Shown: positions 61,353 to 64,000 of the stretch, in pieces | Layout of the letters: every line of letters begins with the position of its first letter | Position numbering within the stretch: the first letter of the stretch is position 1 | From: Candidatus Cloacimonadales bacterium | Lineage (GTDB): Bacteria > Cloacimonadota > Cloacimonadia > Cloacimonadales > JAFGVF01 | Direction of reading: 5' to 3' | DNA: 64,000 bases | Assembly (NCBI GenBank): GCA_963667035.1 | Contig: OY762964.1 | Location: forward strand, 640,001 to 704,000 | Notes under the pieces: generated by a model | Seen by the model: only the letters and a program-made list of their open reading frames with translations | The model's database searches: none | What the model was told of the DNA's origin: nothing | Position numbers and translations under genes: made by a program

Positions 61353-62228
61353 ATGAACGCATTTAAGGTTTTAACCATTATCCTTGCAATCACAACAATT
61401 GCAGCCGGGGTTTATCTCGGAGTCGTAATGAAAGAAAAGACTGCCGTAGTTGCAGAAAAAGACCAGATTATTGCTTCTTATGAAGAAGCTACAACTGTTA
61501 TCAGTGATATCCAAAGTAGTTTGGATGCTATTAATCCTGAGTCGGTTAAAGAGATTATGAAGAACACTGAAGTGCCTAAAGATGCTTCATTAAGCGAAAG
61601 AAAAGCTCACATGATGAAAGCTATCGGTGACATCAATGCTCAAATTGAAGGCTATAAGAAGGATCTTGCCGATCTTGAGAAGAAACTGAAAAATAAGAAC
61701 ATTGGCTTCAATAAACTCAACAAGATGGTTGCTCAGCTTCAAAAAACTATCGAAGAAAAAGAAGCTATGATTGTTGAACTCAATTCCGAGATTGAGAAAC
61801 TTAATCTTACAATTCAAACAGAAAGAGCTCAACATAAGACAGCTATTGCTGAAAAAGACAAAACTATCTCTGATAAAGAGGCAGAAATCAGAGACAAGCA
61901 TCATTCTAAATATAACATCTATTATGTTATCGGCACAAAGAAAGAGCTTATCGAGCAGGGGCTTGCCACTAAGAAAGGTGGTTTCTTATGGTTCGGTAGA
62001 GTTACTGACGTAGCTAAGAACTATGATACATCAATGTTCCAGCAAATGAATTTACTTGATAGCGATGAAATCATTCTTCCTACAACTATGAACAGAGTTA
62101 AGGTTATGTCCGACCAAAACGCTGCTTCTTATACAGTTACAGACATGAGTGATACAGAATCTGTTCTTAAAGTAACGGATTTAGAGACATTTGCTCAGAA
62201 CAAATATGTAGTTATCCTTGTTAAATAA
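61353..62228 (+). CDS. Membrane-anchored coiled-coil hypothetical protein
   Basis: N-terminal TM, long heptad region, YYVIGTKKEL..KGGFLWFG; AAGGAG RBS. Confidence 0.8.
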   Translation: MNAFKVLTIILAITTIAAGVYLGVVMKEKTAVVAEKDQIIASYEEATTVISDIQSSLDAINPESVKEIMKNTEVPKDASLSERKAHMMKAIGDINAQIEGYKKDLADLEKKLKNKNIGFNKLNKMVAQLQKTIEEKEAMIVELNSEIEKLNLTIQTERAQHKTAIAEKDKTISDKEAEIRDKHHSKYNIYYVIGTKKELIEQGLATKKGGFLWFGRVTDVAKNYDTSMFQQMNLLDSDEIILPTTMNRVKVMSDQNAASYTVTDMSDTESVLKVTDLETFAQNKYVVILVK

Positions 62229-62245
62229 AGTCGATATTGAATCTT

Positions 62246-62273
62246 AAGGGGTACCTTTTCGGTCCCCTTTTTT
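62246..62273 (+). terminator. Intrinsic terminator
   Basis: AAGGGGTACC-tttt-CGGTCCCCTT followed by a T-run. Confidence 0.65.
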
Positions 62274-62374
62274 CATTCTATAAAACTAGAGGGTAAGACA
62301 GATAGTAATAAATGTCTTGCTAAACAAGGAAGTGATTTCTAAATTTGAAGATAAAAAACAAAAGAGAGGTATGT

Positions 62375-63292
62375 ATGAGCATTCTAAAAGTCGTTAATGT
62401 TAGCAAGAAGTTTGACAAGCTCAAAGCAGTTGACGATATCTCTTTTTCTATTGAGAAGGGAAAAGTTTACGGCATTTTAGGTCCCAACGGGGCAGGGAAA
62501 ACAACTACAATACGTATGATTATGAGCATAATAATTCCTGATTCTGGAGTCATTGAAATATTGGGTGAAAAGGATTTAAAGAAAGTAAATCATAAAATTG
62601 GTTATCTACCTGAGGAACGTGGAATCTATAGGAAAATGAAAGTCAACGATGTATTACGATTCCTTGGAGAGCTAAAAGAGATGAAGGGTAAGAAAGCTCA
62701 AACCGAGATAGACTACTGGCTAGAGAAGCTGGAACTAATCAAATGGAAGAAATCAAAGGTTGAGGAGTTATCAAAAGGTATGCAACAGAAACTACAGTTC
62801 ATTGCAACTGTTATGCCTAAACCGGATATACTCATTCTAGATGAACCGTTTCTTGGATTAGACCCAATCAATACCCAGTTGATTAAAGACGTAATTATGG
62901 AGGAGAAACAGAGAGGAACCACCATCATCTTCTCGACTCATCAAATGGAATCAGCCGAAAAGCTTTGCGACGAAATTATGTTGATCAACAAAGGTAAGAA
63001 GATACTCGACGGAACTGTTCAGGCAGTAAAGAGACAATTCGGAAATAAGAGTGTTCAAATTGCTTATACAGGTGACAACAGTTTCCTTAATACTTTTGAA
63101 GGAATAAGAAGCTATAATGATTTCGGTAACTATGTAGAGATTAATCTGGAACCTGAAATAGAACCTCATAGCTTATTGAAAGCTATTGTAGATAAAGTCA
63201 ATATTAGTAGATTTGAAGTAATGGAACCTTCATTGCATGATATTTTTATAAAGTCTGTAAAAGGTGAAGATACTGAGGAGGTTGTGAGATGA
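62375..63292 (+). CDS. ABC-2 exporter ATP-binding protein (YhaQ/NatA-like)
   Basis: GPNGAGKTT, LSKGMQQK, ILDEPF; ATG at 62375 follows GAGGT. Confidence 0.9.
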   Translation: MSILKVVNVSKKFDKLKAVDDISFSIEKGKVYGILGPNGAGKTTTIRMIMSIIIPDSGVIEILGEKDLKKVNHKIGYLPEERGIYRKMKVNDVLRFLGELKEMKGKKAQTEIDYWLEKLELIKWKKSKVEELSKGMQQKLQFIATVMPKPDILILDEPFLGLDPINTQLIKDVIMEEKQRGTTIIFSTHQMESAEKLCDEIMLINKGKKILDGTVQAVKRQFGNKSVQIAYTGDNSFLNTFEGIRSYNDFGNYVEINLEPEIEPHSLLKAIVDKVNISRFEVMEPSLHDIFIKSVKGEDTEEVVR

Positions 63293-64000
63293 ACATCAAG
63301 ACATTACCTATAATCAAGAGAGAGTATCTCACACGAGTCAAAACAAAAGGTTTTATAATCGGGACCTTGTTCTTACCTGTGTTCTTTGTTCTAATCTTTG
63401 GTGGAATATTTCTGTTTGCATCACTCTTTCAACCCAAAGGACAGGACTATGTAATCATTGACCGATCAGGATTTATCTATGATGATTTTATAAAGATTCA
63501 TAATAAGACCCTAAAAGACGGTAGTCCAAAGTTCAAGTGGCAGAAGTATGACATCTCCGGGAAGAGTGTTGATGAAGCAAAAGAAGAGATTAATGCTAAG
63601 ATAAGAAGTAAGGAAATAGATGCTTGCTTCATAATCCCTGAGGATATTGTTCAATCTAAAGTTGTAACTTTCCTTGGTAGGAATGTATCGGATTTAGACG
63701 GATTACAATCATTCAACAGAACTTTCAACTGGTTAGTCAGTAACAAACGTATGGAAATGAAAGGCTATGACGCTGATATAATCAGAGAAGAAATGGATCA
63801 AGGTAAGGTTCTGATTCAAAGTATACAAGTAACGGATAAAGGAGAAGTAGGGAAGAATAGTGCTTCTAACTTCTTGTTAACATATATATTGGGATATTTC
63901 CTTTTCCTCTTCATCATGTCTTATGGACAAACTGTTACTCGAAGTGTCATTGAAGAGAAGAGCCAGAGAATCACAGAAACAATAATCTCATCGATAAGAC
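63289..64000 (+). CDS. ABC-2 permease (YhaP/NatB-like), 3'-truncated by the window edge
   Basis: ATGA overlap with the ATPase; MNIKTLPIIKREYLTRVKTKGFIIGTL..SVIEEKSQRITE. Confidence 0.85.
   Translation, partial: MNIKTLPIIKREYLTRVKTKGFIIGTLFLPVFFVLIFGGIFLFASLFQPKGQDYVIIDRSGFIYDDFIKIHNKTLKDGSPKFKWQKYDISGKSVDEAKEEINAKIRSKEIDACFIIPEDIVQSKVVTFLGRNVSDLDGLQSFNRTFNWLVSNKRMEMKGYDADIIREEMDQGKVLIQSIQVTDKGEVGKNSASNFLLTYILGYFLFLFIMSYGQTVTRSVIEEKSQRITETIISSIR

Overview
AT-rich bacterial chromosomal window. Its gene content (many secreted proteins with FlgD-Ig/T9SS-like C-termini, a Kat-type 3-aminobutyryl-CoA aminotransferase, an [FeFe] hydrogenase) suggests an anaerobe of Candidatus Cloacimonadota; this is an inference. 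It contains two IS1182-family elements, each inserted at a terminator hairpin that is duplicated whole, and an Rrf2-cupin-SBP-GTPase-ATPase-hcp operon. A metal-uptake TonB cassette, led by a His-rich RAPP-motif uORF, is bracketed by a duplicated nagZ 3' end. Also present are housekeeping and fermentation genes, an orphan 4-repeat CRISPR mini-array next to a ~450-nt helix-rich non-coding stretch, a tandem duplication of an 806-aa beta-helix protein, a 3099-aa adhesin paired with a PorP/SprF-LysM protein, and four tRNAs. Two copies of an unexplained palindromic CACTG/CAGTG element phased at 11 bp lie 41 kb apart. Family assignments come from motif recognition only; no searches were run.
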